In this document: positions 26,731-36,645 of the stretch, in pieces | Position numbering within the stretch: the first letter of the stretch is position 1 | How the letters are laid out: each line of letters opens with the position of its first letter | Assembly (NCBI GenBank): GCA_963797175.1 | Contig: CAWCOL010000006.1 | Coordinates: 2,998-66,997, forward strand | DNA from: an uncultured Actinomycetes bacterium | Lineage (GTDB): Bacteria > Actinomycetota > Thermoleophilia > Gaiellales > JAICJC01 | DNA: 64,000 bases | Reading direction: 5' to 3' | The notes under the pieces: generated by a model | Seen by the model: the letters and a program-made list of their open reading frames with translations, nothing else | Database searches by the model: none | Told to the model about the DNA's origin: nothing | Translations under genes and position numbers: made by a program

Positions 26731-28338
26731 ATGACCGAGATCGACCTGGCACTGATCGGCGGGCGCGTGCGCACGCTCGATCCCGACCGGCCCTGGGCCG
26801 GCGCCGTCGGCGTTCGCGACGGGCTGATCGTCTGCGTGGGCGACGACGCCGAGGTGCGCGAGCTGTGCGGCCCCCGCACGGAGGTCGTGGCGCTGGACGG
26901 CGCCTCGATGGTTCCCGGCATCACGGACAGCCACCTGCACCCCTTCCTCGGCGCGGAGGAGACGCGCGGCGCCGACCTGCTCGACGCCCACTCCCTGGAC
27001 GAGGTGCGCGGCCTGCTGGCGGAGGAGCGGGCGCGCTGTGCGCCGGACGAGTGGGTGCTGGGCTGGGGCCTGGATTACAACGTGTTCGCCGAGACCGGCA
27101 TCAGCGGCTCGCTGGTCGAGGAGGCGGTCGGCGGATCACCCGCGTTCGTCATGTTCATGGACTTCCACACGGCGCTGGCGACGCCCCGCGCGCTCGCCGT
27201 GGCCGGTGTGGACGGTCCGCGCACGTTCGAGGAGAACGCTGAGGTCGTCTGCGCGGGCGGCATCCCCACCGGCGAGCTGCGCGAGGACGCGGCCTCCGGG
27301 CTCGTGTCCGGCGTCATCCCCGAGCTGAGCGAGCAGCGGCGCTACCGGCTGTGCGTCGAGCTGCTGCACCGGCTGGCGGCCGTCGGCATCACCGGCGCGC
27401 ACATGATGGACGGCGACCTCGCCACCCTCGAGCTGATCGAGCGGATGGAGGCCGAGGGCGACCTGGTCACCCGGCTGGTGATGCCGTTCTGGATCAGGCC
27501 CGAGTCCACCGTCGAGGACTGGGACGCGCTCGTCGTCCATCGCGACCGGCGCGGCCGCCGGTACCGCGGCGGCGTCGCCAAGTTCTTCATCGACGGCGTC
27601 ATCGATTCCGGCACCGGCTGGCTCTACGCGGCCGACAGCGAGGGCGACGGGCTGGCGCCGTTCTGGGCCGACCCGGCGCACTACCGGGCCGCGGTCGCCC
27701 GCTTCGCCGGCGCCGGGTTCCAGTGCGCCACGCACGCCACCGGCGACCGCGGCGTGCGCGAGGCGCTGGACGCGTACCGCGAGGGCGGCGCGGCGCCCGG
27801 CATCCGCCACCGGATCGAGCACATCGAGACGCTCCAGCCGTTCGACCTTCCGCGGTTCGCCGCCGAGGGCGTGGTCGCCTCGATGCAGGCGCAGCACATG
27901 ATGGAGTTCGATCCCGAGCGCCGGGACAACTGGTCGCGCCGGCTTGGGCCGGAGCGCTGCGACCGGGCCTTCCCGATCCGCTCGCTCCGGGAGTCCGGCG
28001 CGACGGTCGCGCTGGGCTCGGACTGGCCGGTGGCGCGGTTCGACCCGCGCATCGGCATGGGCGCCGCCCGGCTGCGCCGCCCGCCCGGCCGCACCGGCCG
28101 CGGACCCTACGACGACCAGGCGATCGACGGCCTGGCGGCGCTCGAGGGCTACACCAGCATGGCCGCGCGCACCGTCTCCGAGGAGGCACGGCTGGGCCGG
28201 ATCGCCGAGGGCCGCTGCGCCGACCTGACGGTCTTCGCCGAGGACCCGGTCGAATGCCCTGCCGACGACCTGCCGAAGCTGCCCGTGCTGCTGACCGTCG
28301 TGGACGGGGAGGTCGTGCACCGCGCCGACCGGTGGTGA
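26731..28338 (+). CDS. Metal-dependent amidohydrolase (Amidohydro_3/YtcJ-like)
   Basis: PGITDSHLH, KFFIDG, HATGD, HRIEHIE, LGSDWP. Confidence 0.9.
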   Translation: MTEIDLALIGGRVRTLDPDRPWAGAVGVRDGLIVCVGDDAEVRELCGPRTEVVALDGASMVPGITDSHLHPFLGAEETRGADLLDAHSLDEVRGLLAEERARCAPDEWVLGWGLDYNVFAETGISGSLVEEAVGGSPAFVMFMDFHTALATPRALAVAGVDGPRTFEENAEVVCAGGIPTGELREDAASGLVSGVIPELSEQRRYRLCVELLHRLAAVGITGAHMMDGDLATLELIERMEAEGDLVTRLVMPFWIRPESTVEDWDALVVHRDRRGRRYRGGVAKFFIDGVIDSGTGWLYAADSEGDGLAPFWADPAHYRAAVARFAGAGFQCATHATGDRGVREALDAYREGGAAPGIRHRIEHIETLQPFDLPRFAAEGVVASMQAQHMMEFDPERRDNWSRRLGPERCDRAFPIRSLRESGATVALGSDWPVARFDPRIGMGAARLRRPPGRTGRGPYDDQAIDGLAALEGYTSMAARTVSEEARLGRIAEGRCADLTVFAEDPVECPADDLPKLPVLLTVVDGEVVHRADRW

Positions 28339-28400
28339 AGGGCAGCGGGTTCATCTGCCTATGCGATGAATAGGTAGATCAAGTAGGGTACGGTGGATGT

Positions 28401-28784
28401 ATGGAACGGACGATGACGATCGGCGATGCGGCCCGGGCGCTGGGCGTCAGCCTCGACACGGTCCGGCGCTGGGAGCGGAGTGGGCGCCTCGTGACGGAGC
28501 GGGACAGCCGCAACCGGCGGCTGGTGTCGGTCGAGGAGGTGCAGCGGCTGGGCGGCAGGCTGCCCACGCACACCGGGGACGGCTTCTCGGCGCGCAACCG
28601 GTTCGAGGGCGTGGTCGAGAGCGTCGAGGTGACGGGCGTGGTGGCGCAGGTCGTGCTGCGGGCGGGCCCCTATCAGGTGGTCTCGATCGTGACGCGCGAC
28701 GCGGTGGAGGAGCTGGGGCTGGCGCCGGGCGTGGAGGCCGTGGCGACCGTCAAGGCCACCTCGGTGATGATGGCCCGCACCTGA
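28401..28784 (+). CDS. MerR-like HTH + TOBE molybdate-responsive regulator
   Basis: IGDAARALGVSLDTVRRW; SARNRF.G.V...VKATSVM; -10 TACGGT 6 nt before ATG. Confidence 0.88.
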   Translation: MERTMTIGDAARALGVSLDTVRRWERSGRLVTERDSRNRRLVSVEEVQRLGGRLPTHTGDGFSARNRFEGVVESVEVTGVVAQVVLRAGPYQVVSIVTRDAVEELGLAPGVEAVATVKATSVMMART

Positions 28785-29564
28785 GCCGCCTGCTCGCGGT
28801 GCTGCTGGCGCTGGTCGCGCTGGCCGCCGCCGGCTGCGGCGGATCGTCCGGTGGCTGGGAGCGGCTCATCGGCGGCCGGCGGCACGCTCAACGTCTTCGC
28901 GGCCGCCTCCCTGACCGAGGCCTTCACCGACCTGGGCAAGACCTACCAGGACGCGCATCCCGGCTGGAAGGTCAACCTGAACTTCGCCGGATCGGACGCG
29001 CTGGCCGCGCAGATCCAGCAGGGCGCGCCCGCCGACGTCTACGCCGCCGCCAGCACGAAGTACCCCGAGCAGCTCCAGGGCGACAAGCTGCTCGGCGACA
29101 CCACGAACTTCGCGACGAACTCGCTTGTCATCGTCGTCCCGCCCAGCAACCCGGCGGGCATCACCGCGCCCGCCGATCTGACCAAGGGCGCGAAGCTGGT
29201 CGTGTGCGACCCGGCGGTGCCCTGCGGCAGCTACACCGAGCAGGTGCTGGGGAACCTCGGCATCAGCGACTCGCAGCTCAACATCGTCAGCCGCGAGCAG
29301 GACGTCAAGGGCGTCGTGGCGAAGGTCAAGCTGGACGAGGCCGACGCCGGCTTCGTGTACGTCAGCGATGCCGTCGCGGCGGGCAGCGGTGTGAAGCAGG
29401 TGGCGCTGCCGGTGTCCGCCCAGGCGACCGCCACGTATCCGATCGGCATCGTCTCCTCCAGCGCCAACCGGGAGGCCGCACAGCAGTGGATCGACCTCGT
29501 CACGTCGCCGCAGGGACAACAGGTGCTGAAGGAGCTCGGCTTCGGGCCGCCGCCTTCCGGCTGA
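28781..29564 (+). CDS. modA: Molybdate ABC transporter binding lipoprotein (CTG start; apparent +1 frameshift at about 28856)
   Basis: Lipoprotein signal LSRLLAVLLALVALAAAGC in one frame; VFAAASLTEAF, FAGSDALA.QI.QGAPADV, VPCG, DAGFVY in the next frame. Confidence 0.85.
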
Positions 29565-30334
29565 TCACCCTGCTGCTCGTCGCGCTGGCCGCGGCGTTCT
29601 TCGTGCTCCCGCTGCTCGCCATCTTCCGCCAGGGGAACCTCCGGGCGGGCCTCGACTCCCCGCTGGCGTGGCCCGCCATCCGCGTCTCGCTGGAGACCAG
29701 CGCGATCTCGCTGGCGGCGATGCTGCTGGTGGGCACCCCGGTCGCATACTGGATGGCGCAGCACGAGTTCCGCGGCAAGGACGCCCTGGCGACGGCGTTC
29801 GAACTGCCGCTCGTGCTGCCGCCGGCCGTCGCCGGCATCGGGCTGTTCGCCGCCTTCGGCCGGGCCGGGCTACTCGGCTCCGAGCTGGACGCGCTGGGCA
29901 TCCAGCTGCCGTTCACGAAGGCGGCCGTCGTGATGGCGATGACGTTCGTCGCCGGCCCCTTCTACCTGCGACAGGCGCAGGCGGCGTTCGCTGCGGTCGA
30001 TCCCGACCTGCTGGCGGCCGCCCGCACGCTGGGCGCCGGGCCGGCGAAGGTGTTCCTGCGGATCGCGACGCCGCTGGCCGCGCCCGGGCTCGGCGCGGGC
30101 GCCGCGCTCGGCTGGGCGCGCGCGCTGGGCGAGTTCGGCGCCACGATCATGTTCGCCGGCAGCCTCCAGGGCATCACGCAGACGGCGCCGATCGCGATCT
30201 ACCTCGGCTTCGAGCAGGGGCAGTTCGACACGGCGCTGGCGCTCGGCGCCCTGCTGGTCGTCGTCAGCGGCGCCGTGCTGCTGACCGTCAAGCTGGTCTT
30301 CCGGGGGAGGCTCCCGCGCTTCGAGCCGACCTGA
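29561..30334 (+). CDS. modB: Molybdate ABC transporter permease (start uncertain, CTG candidate)
   Basis: ELPLVLPPAVAG, AARTLGA, WARALGEFGATIMFAGS. Confidence 0.9.
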   Translation: MITLLLVALAAAFFVLPLLAIFRQGNLRAGLDSPLAWPAIRVSLETSAISLAAMLLVGTPVAYWMAQHEFRGKDALATAFELPLVLPPAVAGIGLFAAFGRAGLLGSELDALGIQLPFTKAAVVMAMTFVAGPFYLRQAQAAFAAVDPDLLAAARTLGAGPAKVFLRIATPLAAPGLGAGAALGWARALGEFGATIMFAGSLQGITQTAPIAIYLGFEQGQFDTALALGALLVVVSGAVLLTVKLVFRGRLPRFEPT

Positions 30335-31317
30335 CCTACCCGCTCCGGGACTTCGCCCTCGAGGCGCGGCTCGAGACCGGCGGCACGGTCGCGGTGATCG
30401 GGCCGTCGGGTGCCGGCAAGACCACGCTGCTGCGGCTGGTCGCCGGCCTGCTGCGGCCGTCGCGCGGCTCTGTCGAGTGCGGCGGCGTGCGCTGGTTCGG
30501 CGAGGGCGTGGACGTCCCGGCCGAGCGGCGCCGGGTCGGCTTCGTCTTCCAGGACTACGCGCTCTTCCCGCACCTGTCGGTCCGTGCCAACGTCGCCTTC
30601 GAGGCGCGCCGCGATCCCGACGCGCTGCTTGCCCAGCTCGGTATCGACCACCTGAGCGGCGCCCGGCCGCGTGCGCTCTCCGGAGGCGAGCGGCAGCGGG
30701 TCGCACTGGCCCGCGCGCTTGCCATCGAGCCGGCGCTGCTGCTGCTGGACGAGCCGCTGTCCGCGCTCGACCCGGCGACGCGCGGTAGCGTCGCGGGCGA
30801 GCTCGCGGAGCTGATCCGCGCCGCGGGCGTGCCGGCGGTGATCGTGACCCATGCGTTCGAGGAGGCCGCGATGCTGGCCGACGACGTGGCCGTGATCGAC
30901 CGCGGCCAGGTCGTCCAGCGCGGCTCGGCCGCCGACCTGCTGGAGTCGCCGGCGACGCCGTTCGTGGCCGAGTTCGCGGGCACCAACTACCTGCCCGGCA
31001 TCGCCGACGGCCGCCTCGTCCTGCTGGAGCGGGGCGGCCGCGTGATCATCCCGGAGCCGGCGACAGGGCCGGTCGCGGTGCTGATCGCGCCGTGGGAGGT
31101 GACCCTCTCGCTGTCCCCGCCCGACGCCGGCTCCGCGCTGAACGCCGTGCACGGGCCGGTCGAGCGGGTCGTCGTGTTGGGGAATCGGGCGCGCGTCGTC
31201 GTGGCCGGGCTCACCGCCGAGGTGACGCCGGAGTCGGTCGAGCGTCTGCGCATCGCCCCCGGCGTCGAGCTCGTCGCCAGCTGGAAGGCGACGGCCACGC
31301 GCGTCCTGCCGCGGTAG
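30331..31317 (+). CDS. modC: Molybdate ABC transporter ATPase with TOBE domain (start uncertain, CTG candidate)
   Basis: GPSGAGKT, FQDYALFPHL, LSGGERQR, LLLDEP, C-terminal WKATA. Confidence 0.88.
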   Translation: MTYPLRDFALEARLETGGTVAVIGPSGAGKTTLLRLVAGLLRPSRGSVECGGVRWFGEGVDVPAERRRVGFVFQDYALFPHLSVRANVAFEARRDPDALLAQLGIDHLSGARPRALSGGERQRVALARALAIEPALLLLDEPLSALDPATRGSVAGELAELIRAAGVPAVIVTHAFEEAAMLADDVAVIDRGQVVQRGSAADLLESPATPFVAEFAGTNYLPGIADGRLVLLERGGRVIIPEPATGPVAVLIAPWEVTLSLSPPDAGSALNAVHGPVERVVVLGNRARVVVAGLTAEVTPESVERLRIAPGVELVASWKATATRVLPR

Positions 31318-31321
31318 CGGA

Positions 31322-32221
31322 TCACCGGCGGTCGAGGAACGCGCCGATCCGCGCCTCGATCGCCGCCGGGTCGAGGCCGGCGATGCGGTCGAGATCCTCG
31401 GGCGTCCCGTAGGCGCGAAACGGCCTGCGCGGGACGCCGACCGAGAGCAGCCGCACGGCGCGGTGCGGGAGGGCCGCCGTCACGGCCGCGGCCAGCGTGC
31501 CCTCCTGGAAGGGCTCGACCACGACCAGCCCGGGCGCGTCAGCCATCTCGCGCGCGAGCGTCCCGGCGTCGAGCGGTGCCACGGTGATCGCGTAGAGCAG
31601 CGTCGCGTCCAGCCGCTCCGCGACCGGCAGCGCTGCGTCCAGCATCGGGCCGACGGCGAGGATCGTGCCCCGCGGCCCGCGGCGCAGCGGCAGGATCCGG
31701 CCCGGCTCGACCGGCTGCGCGAGGGCGTTCGCCCGCGCCTGCGTCCGCACGTACGAGAGGCGGTCGCCGCCCAGGATCGCCCGCAGCAGGCGGTCGACCT
31801 CGTCCGGGTGGCCGGGCACGTGCACCTCCAGGCCGGGCACGGTCATCAGCGCCGCCACATCGGCGGGGGAGTGGTGGGTGGTGCCCTCGGTGGCGTAGTC
31901 GTAGGAGCCACCGGTGCCGATCAGCGTTGCCGCCAGTTCCTGGTTGCCCAGATCGAGCTTGACCTGCTCGAGGGCCCGCTCGGCCAGGAACGGCGCGATC
32001 GTGTGGACGATCGGGTGGAACCCCTCCATCGCCATCCCGGCGGCGACGCCCACCATCGTCTGCTCCATGATGCCGACGTTGACCGCCCGCAGCGGGTCGG
32101 TGCGGAAGGCTTCGGCGAAATAGTCGGTGCTGATCTCGGCCAGCACGACGGCGAGCCGCGTGTCCTCGTGGAACAGCTCGACCGATGTCGCGGCCGCCTG
32201 CGCGCGCATGCTCGGGCTCAC
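31322..32221 (-). CDS. Transketolase C-terminal (pyrimidine-binding) subunit
   Basis: NVGIMEQTMVGVAAG, GSYDY...GTTH; GTGA overlap with the N-terminal subunit. Confidence 0.85.
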   Translation of the reverse strand: MSPSMRAQAAATSVELFHEDTRLAVVLAEISTDYFAEAFRTDPLRAVNVGIMEQTMVGVAAGMAMEGFHPIVHTIAPFLAERALEQVKLDLGNQELAATLIGTGGSYDYATEGTTHHSPADVAALMTVPGLEVHVPGHPDEVDRLLRAILGGDRLSYVRTQARANALAQPVEPGRILPLRRGPRGTILAVGPMLDAALPVAERLDATLLYAITVAPLDAGTLAREMADAPGLVVVEPFQEGTLAAAVTAALPHRAVRLLSVGVPRRPFRAYGTPEDLDRIAGLDPAAIEARIGAFLDRR

Positions 32222-32896
32222 GATGGCTCCCGGGGGATGTCGGCCACGACCGCGGTCGGACGGTCGGAGCGGTGGGAGAGCGCGTCGCGCAGCGCGGCGT
32301 GGTCGCGGCCGCCGGCGGTGCGCGCGTCCCAGCCGAACTCCCGCAGCTTCGCGTCCAGCGAGCCGAGGTCGATCGAGCTGGAGTGGTTGTCGATCACCAG
32401 CAGCGTCAGGTTGCCCAGGGCGAGGTGGGGGGCGAGCATGATCGCCTCCCAGTTGCTGCCCTCGTTCAGCTCGGCGTCGCCTGTGAGGACGACGACGCGC
32501 TGCTCGTCCTGCCGGCGCGCCCGCAGGCCGAGCGCGACGCCGATCGCCATCGGCAGCCCGTGGCCCAGCGAGCCGGTCGAGGCCTCGACGCCGGGCACCA
32601 GCAGCCGGTCGGGATGGCCGCCCAGGCGGCCGTCCGCGGTGAAGAAGCTGGGCAGCCAGTCGGCGGGGAAGTAGCCGCGCCAGGCCAGCACGGCGTAGAA
32701 GGCGGCGGGCCCGTGCCCCTTGGAGAGGATGAAGCGGTCGCGGCCGTCCCAGGCCGGGTCGGCCGGGTCGTGCGCGCAGCACGTCGCGGTAGGCGACGAG
32801 GATCGCGTCCAGCGTCGAGAAGCTCGACGCCGCGTGCTTCTCGTCTCCTTCGGCCAGCGCCGCCAGGCGCACCACCGCTGTTCGGTCGTCGTCCAT
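32218..32896 (-). CDS. Transketolase N-terminal TPP-binding subunit (apparent +1 frameshift near 32775)
   Basis: GDEKHAASSFSTLD, then in another frame RDRFILSKGHG, STGSLGHG, GDAELNEGSNWEA. Confidence 0.85.
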
Positions 32897-32993
32897 GTCG
32901 GCACCGTACGCCGGGCGGGCGCCGGGCGCCTCGGCCATCGGTCGCGACCTTCCTCGGCAATTGGGCTGAGTCGAGAATTTGCGTCGTGAGCGA

Positions 32994-33009
32994 TTGCGAT
33001 ATATCGTAA
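32994..33009. promoter_or_regulatory. Palindromic operator upstream of padR
   Basis: TTGCGATATATCGTAA, near-perfect AT-rich palindrome. Confidence 0.6.
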
Positions 33010-33054
33010 TGCATCAGAACGACAGACCACGAGCATTCGAGAGAGGAGGAACGA

Positions 33055-33648
33055 ATGACGACATACGCATTCACCGTGCACCAGCTGCGCGACCGGTGCG
33101 ACAAGATGGGCGCAGGCCACGGCGGCCGGGGCCACCGCCGCCACATGCGCGGCGAGGGCCGCGGCATGGGCGGCTTCCTCGGCCGCGGGCCGCGGGCCGG
33201 CCGCGGCGAGATCCGCGCCGCCATCCTCGCCCTGCTGGCCGAGCAGCCGATGCACGGCTACCAGATCATGAGCGAGCTGGCCGAGCGCAGCGGCGGGGTG
33301 TGGCGCCCCAGCCCGGGCTCGATCTACCCGACGCTCCAGCAGCTGACGGATGAGGAGCTCGTCCGCGGCGAGGAGCGGGAGGGCGGCCGGCGCATCTTCG
33401 AGCTGACCGACGCCGGCCGTGAGGCCGCCGAGCAGGCCGTGGGCGCCCCGCCGTGGACGGCCGTCGGCGAGGAGGCCGACGCGTCGGCCCTGGAGCTGCG
33501 CGACCTCGTTCATCAGGTGATGGCCGCGGCCCGACAGACGCTGCGGGCCGGCGAGGCCCGCCAGATCGACCAGGTCAAGGACGTGCTGCGCGACACGCGG
33601 CGGCGGATCTACGGGATCCTCGCCGACGAGGACGCCGACAAGTCCTGA
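33055..33648 (+). CDS. PadR-family regulator
   Basis: RAAILALLAEQPMHGYQIM, WRPSPGSIYPTLQQL; GAGGAGG SD. Confidence 0.92.
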   Translation: MTTYAFTVHQLRDRCDKMGAGHGGRGHRRHMRGEGRGMGGFLGRGPRAGRGEIRAAILALLAEQPMHGYQIMSELAERSGGVWRPSPGSIYPTLQQLTDEELVRGEEREGGRRIFELTDAGREAAEQAVGAPPWTAVGEEADASALELRDLVHQVMAAARQTLRAGEARQIDQVKDVLRDTRRRIYGILADEDADKS

Positions 33649-33654
33649 CGTGAC

Positions 33655-33694
33655 AGATGGTCGATTCCCCGGCACGCCGGGGAATCGACCATCT
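33655..33694. terminator. Perfect 19-bp inverted repeat after padR
   Basis: AGATGGTCGATTCCCCGGC-AC-GCCGGGGAATCGACCATCT. Confidence 0.6.
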
Positions 33695-33706
33695 AGAGTC
33701 CCCTCG

Positions 33707-34654
33707 ATGCGGCTCTGCCTGATGATCGAGGGCCAGGAGGACGTCACCTGGGACGACTGGGCGGCGCTGGCCGACCTGTGCGAGGCGAGCCGCCTCGAGG
33801 CGCTGTTCCGCTCCGACCACTACCTCTCCGGCGACGGCCGCAACGGCCGCGGCGCGTTGGATGCCTGGACGACGCTGGCGGCGATCGCGGTGCGGACGGA
33901 GCGGATCCGGCTGGGCACGATGGTCTCGCCGGTCACGTTCCGCCACCCGTCGCTGGTCTCGCGCGCGGCCGTCACGGTCGACCACATCTCCGGCGGGCGC
34001 GCCGAGCTGGGCCTCGGCGCCGGCTGGTACGAGGCCGAGCACGAGGCGTTCGGGTTCCCGTTCCCGCCGCTGGGCGAGCGGATGGAGCTGCTGGCCGAGC
34101 AGCTCGAGATCGTCCGTCGCCAGTGGGAGGAGGCCGAGCCGACGTTCGCGGGCAGGCACTACCGGATCGAGCGCTCGGCGGCCCTGCCCAAGCCGGTGCA
34201 GGCGCGGATGCCGCTGATCGTTGGCGGCTCGGGCAAGCCGCGGACGGTCGCGATGGCGGCCCGCTGGGCGGACGAGTACAACGCCGTCGAGGGCGACCCG
34301 GAGACGTGCCGGCGGCTGCGCGGCGCGCTGGACGAGGCGTGCCGTACCGCGGGCCGCGATCCCTCGTCGATGGTGTTCTCGATCATGACGACGGTGCTGG
34401 TCGGCCGCGACCAGGGCGAGCTGGAGGCGCGGGCGGCCCGCCTGGCCGAGCTGTTCTGGCCGGACAAGACGGCGGCGCAGGTGATCGAGGACAACCGGGC
34501 CGACTGCATCATCGGGACGGTCGAGGAGGCGGCGGAGCGGCTGCGCGCGCTGGAGGATGCGGGCGTCGAGCGGGTCATGCTCCAGCACCTCGACCACCGC
34601 GACCTCGACGCCGTCGAGCTGCTCGGCGGCGAGCTGGCGGAGGCGGTGGCCTGA
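33707..34654 (+). CDS. LLM-class F420-dependent oxidoreductase
   Basis: [34 protein letters not shown]; -10 TAGAGT 7 nt before ATG. Confidence 0.88.
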   Translation: MRLCLMIEGQEDVTWDDWAALADLCEASRLEALFRSDHYLSGDGRNGRGALDAWTTLAAIAVRTERIRLGTMVSPVTFRHPSLVSRAAVTVDHISGGRAELGLGAGWYEAEHEAFGFPFPPLGERMELLAEQLEIVRRQWEEAEPTFAGRHYRIERSAALPKPVQARMPLIVGGSGKPRTVAMAARWADEYNAVEGDPETCRRLRGALDEACRTAGRDPSSMVFSIMTTVLVGRDQGELEARAARLAELFWPDKTAAQVIEDNRADCIIGTVEEAAERLRALEDAGVERVMLQHLDHRDLDAVELLGGELAEAVA

Positions 34655-35043
34655 TGGAGCTGCCCGACGAGGCCGTCCGCCTGCTGCGCAGCACGGCGCT
34701 CGCGCACCTCGCCACCATCAACCGCGACGGCACGCCGCAGGTGACGCCGCTCTGGATCGACGTCGAGGATGGCCGGCCGGTGATGAACACCGCCGTCGGC
34801 CGGCTCAAGGAGCGCAACATCCGCCGCGATCCGCGCGTCACGGTCGAGGTCACCGACCTGGAGGACACCGAGGTCTACGTCGAGATCCGCGGCACCGCCG
34901 AGCTGGTCCTGGAGGGCGCGCGCGACCACGCCCACCGGTTGGCGATGAAGTACACCGGCGAGCAGTTCGACAACTTCGAGCCCGGCGTCGACCGGGTCTC
35001 GATCGTCGTCACGCCGCTCCGCGTGCTGTTCCACCAGAGCTGA
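34654..35043 (+). CDS. PPOX-class (split-barrel) F420-dependent oxidoreductase
   Basis: LATINRDGTPQVTPLW, KERNIRRDPRV, YVEIRG, LAMKY. Confidence 0.88.
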   Translation: MELPDEAVRLLRSTALAHLATINRDGTPQVTPLWIDVEDGRPVMNTAVGRLKERNIRRDPRVTVEVTDLEDTEVYVEIRGTAELVLEGARDHAHRLAMKYTGEQFDNFEPGVDRVSIVVTPLRVLFHQS

Positions 35044-35044
35044 T

Positions 35045-36043
35045 CTAGAAGCGGTCGCGCAGCGCCGGCAGCACCTCGGCCGCGAAGCGCTCGAGGAAGC
35101 GGCCCTGGTCGGCCGCGGGGCTGTGGAAGACGAGGTGGGAGAAGCCCATCTCGACGTAGGGCGCGACGCGATCGCACACCTCCACCGGGTCGCCGGTGAC
35201 GATGAACCGGCTCTCGGCATGGACGTGCTCCTCCGCCGCGAGCCGCTCCAGCTCGAGCGGGTCGTCCACGCCCTGCTTGCTCTCGGCCGGCAGCGCCAGC
35301 GCCGCCCAGAAGCGGCAGTCCTCGATCGCCCGCTCATGGTCGTGGTCGTAGGAGACCTTCACCTCGAGCATCCGCTCCTGTGCCGCCGGGTCGCGGCCCG
35401 CCTCGCGCGCTCCGCGCTCGAGCGCCGGCAGCAGCTTCTCGGTGTACAGCTCGGCCGGCTTGCCGCTGGTGGTGATGTAGCCGTCGCCGGCGGCGCCGGC
35501 GAAGCGCGCCGCCTTCGGCCCGGCGGCGGCGATCAGGATCGGCGGCGGCACCTCGGGCCGGTCGTAAATGGTGGCCCGCAGGGTGCGGTAGTGGTCGCCC
35601 TCGAACGTCACCCGCTCCTCGCTCCACAGCCGCCGGATCAGCGTCACCGCCTCGTCCAGCCGCGCCAGCCGCTCGGCGAAGCCCGGCCACTCGATGCCGA
35701 GGGCGGGCACCTCGTTCATCGACTCGCCGCTGCCGACGCCGAGGAAGACGCGGCCGGGGGCGAGCAGCCCGAGGGTGGCGAACGCCTGCGCGACCAGCGA
35801 GGGATGGGTGCGCAGGGTCGGCGTGAGGACGCTGGTGCCGATGCGGACGCGCTCGCTGCGCGCGGCCAGCGCGCCCAGCCAGGGCAGGGCCGCGGGGGAG
35901 TGCCCGCCGGTGTGCCGGAAGGGCTGGAAGTGGTCGGAGACGGCGACGCTGTCGAAGCCGCGGCGCTCCGCCGCCAGCGCCAGGTCGAGCAGCTCCACGG
36001 GCCCGAACTGCTCGGCCGATGCCTTGTAGCCGAGCGTGATCAC
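35045..36043 (-). CDS. fgd: F420-dependent glucose-6-phosphate dehydrogenase
   Basis: LGYKASAEQFGP, SDHFQP.RH.GGH, GTSVLTPT, GSGESMNE, TSGK. Confidence 0.88.
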   Translation of the reverse strand: MITLGYKASAEQFGPVELLDLALAAERRGFDSVAVSDHFQPFRHTGGHSPAALPWLGALAARSERVRIGTSVLTPTLRTHPSLVAQAFATLGLLAPGRVFLGVGSGESMNEVPALGIEWPGFAERLARLDEAVTLIRRLWSEERVTFEGDHYRTLRATIYDRPEVPPPILIAAAGPKAARFAGAAGDGYITTSGKPAELYTEKLLPALERGAREAGRDPAAQERMLEVKVSYDHDHERAIEDCRFWAALALPAESKQGVDDPLELERLAAEEHVHAESRFIVTGDPVEVCDRVAPYVEMGFSHLVFHSPAADQGRFLERFAAEVLPALRDRF

Positions 36044-36078
36044 GGCGGCAGTGTACCGGCGAGTACGATCCCCGCCGG

Positions 36079-36645
36079 ATGCACATCCTGATCCCCCTCA
36101 AGCGCCTCGACGACGCCAAGAGCCGGCTCTCCGAGACGATGACCCCGGCCGAGCGCGGCGAGCTGATGCTGAGCATGCTGGCGCACGTCGCGGCCACCGC
36201 CCGGGCGGCGGCGCTCGGCCCCGTCTCGCTGGCCACGTCCGAGCCCGAGGCCCAGCGGCTCGCCGCCGAGCTCGAGGTCGGGCTGGTCACGGACGGCGGC
36301 CTGCCCTGGAACGAGGGGCTCGTCCACGCCCGCGCCCAGCTCGAACCGCCACCGGACGCCGTGCTCTACCTGGCCGGCGACCTGCCGCTGCTGACAACGG
36401 GCGATCTGCACCAGATGGCCGCCGTGCCCGGAGCAGTGGTCGTCGCGCGCGCGCACGACGGCGGCACCAACGCGCTGCTGGTGCGACCGGCGGACGCGAT
36501 GGCGCCCGCGTTCGGCGTGCCCGGCAGCGCCCGACTGCACGCCGAGGCGGCGCGCCGGCTGGGGCTTCGCGCGGTCACGGTCGACCTGCCCGGCCTGGCG
36601 CTGGACGTCGATTCGCCGGCCGACGTGCGCTCGGTGACGGGCTGA
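36079..36645 (+). CDS. cofC: 2-phospho-L-lactate/PEP guanylyltransferase (CofC/FbiD)
   Basis: IPLK...AKSRL, GDLPLL, DGGTNAL, LDVDSPAD. Confidence 0.88.
   Translation: MHILIPLKRLDDAKSRLSETMTPAERGELMLSMLAHVAATARAAALGPVSLATSEPEAQRLAAELEVGLVTDGGLPWNEGLVHARAQLEPPPDAVLYLAGDLPLLTTGDLHQMAAVPGAVVVARAHDGGTNALLVRPADAMAPAFGVPGSARLHAEAARRLGLRAVTVDLPGLALDVDSPADVRSVTG

Noticed and set aside
28397-30334. 645-aa ORF as one fused ModB protein
   Set aside because: It strings together a shadow frame, the ModA signal peptide (displaced by the frameshift), another shadow stretch and true ModB
36575-36645. 71-nt convergent overlap of cofC and cofE (similar overlaps at 43068-43117 and 49977-50052)
   Set aside because: Low-complexity C-terminal run-through beyond the conserved end, common in stop-poor GC-rich genomes
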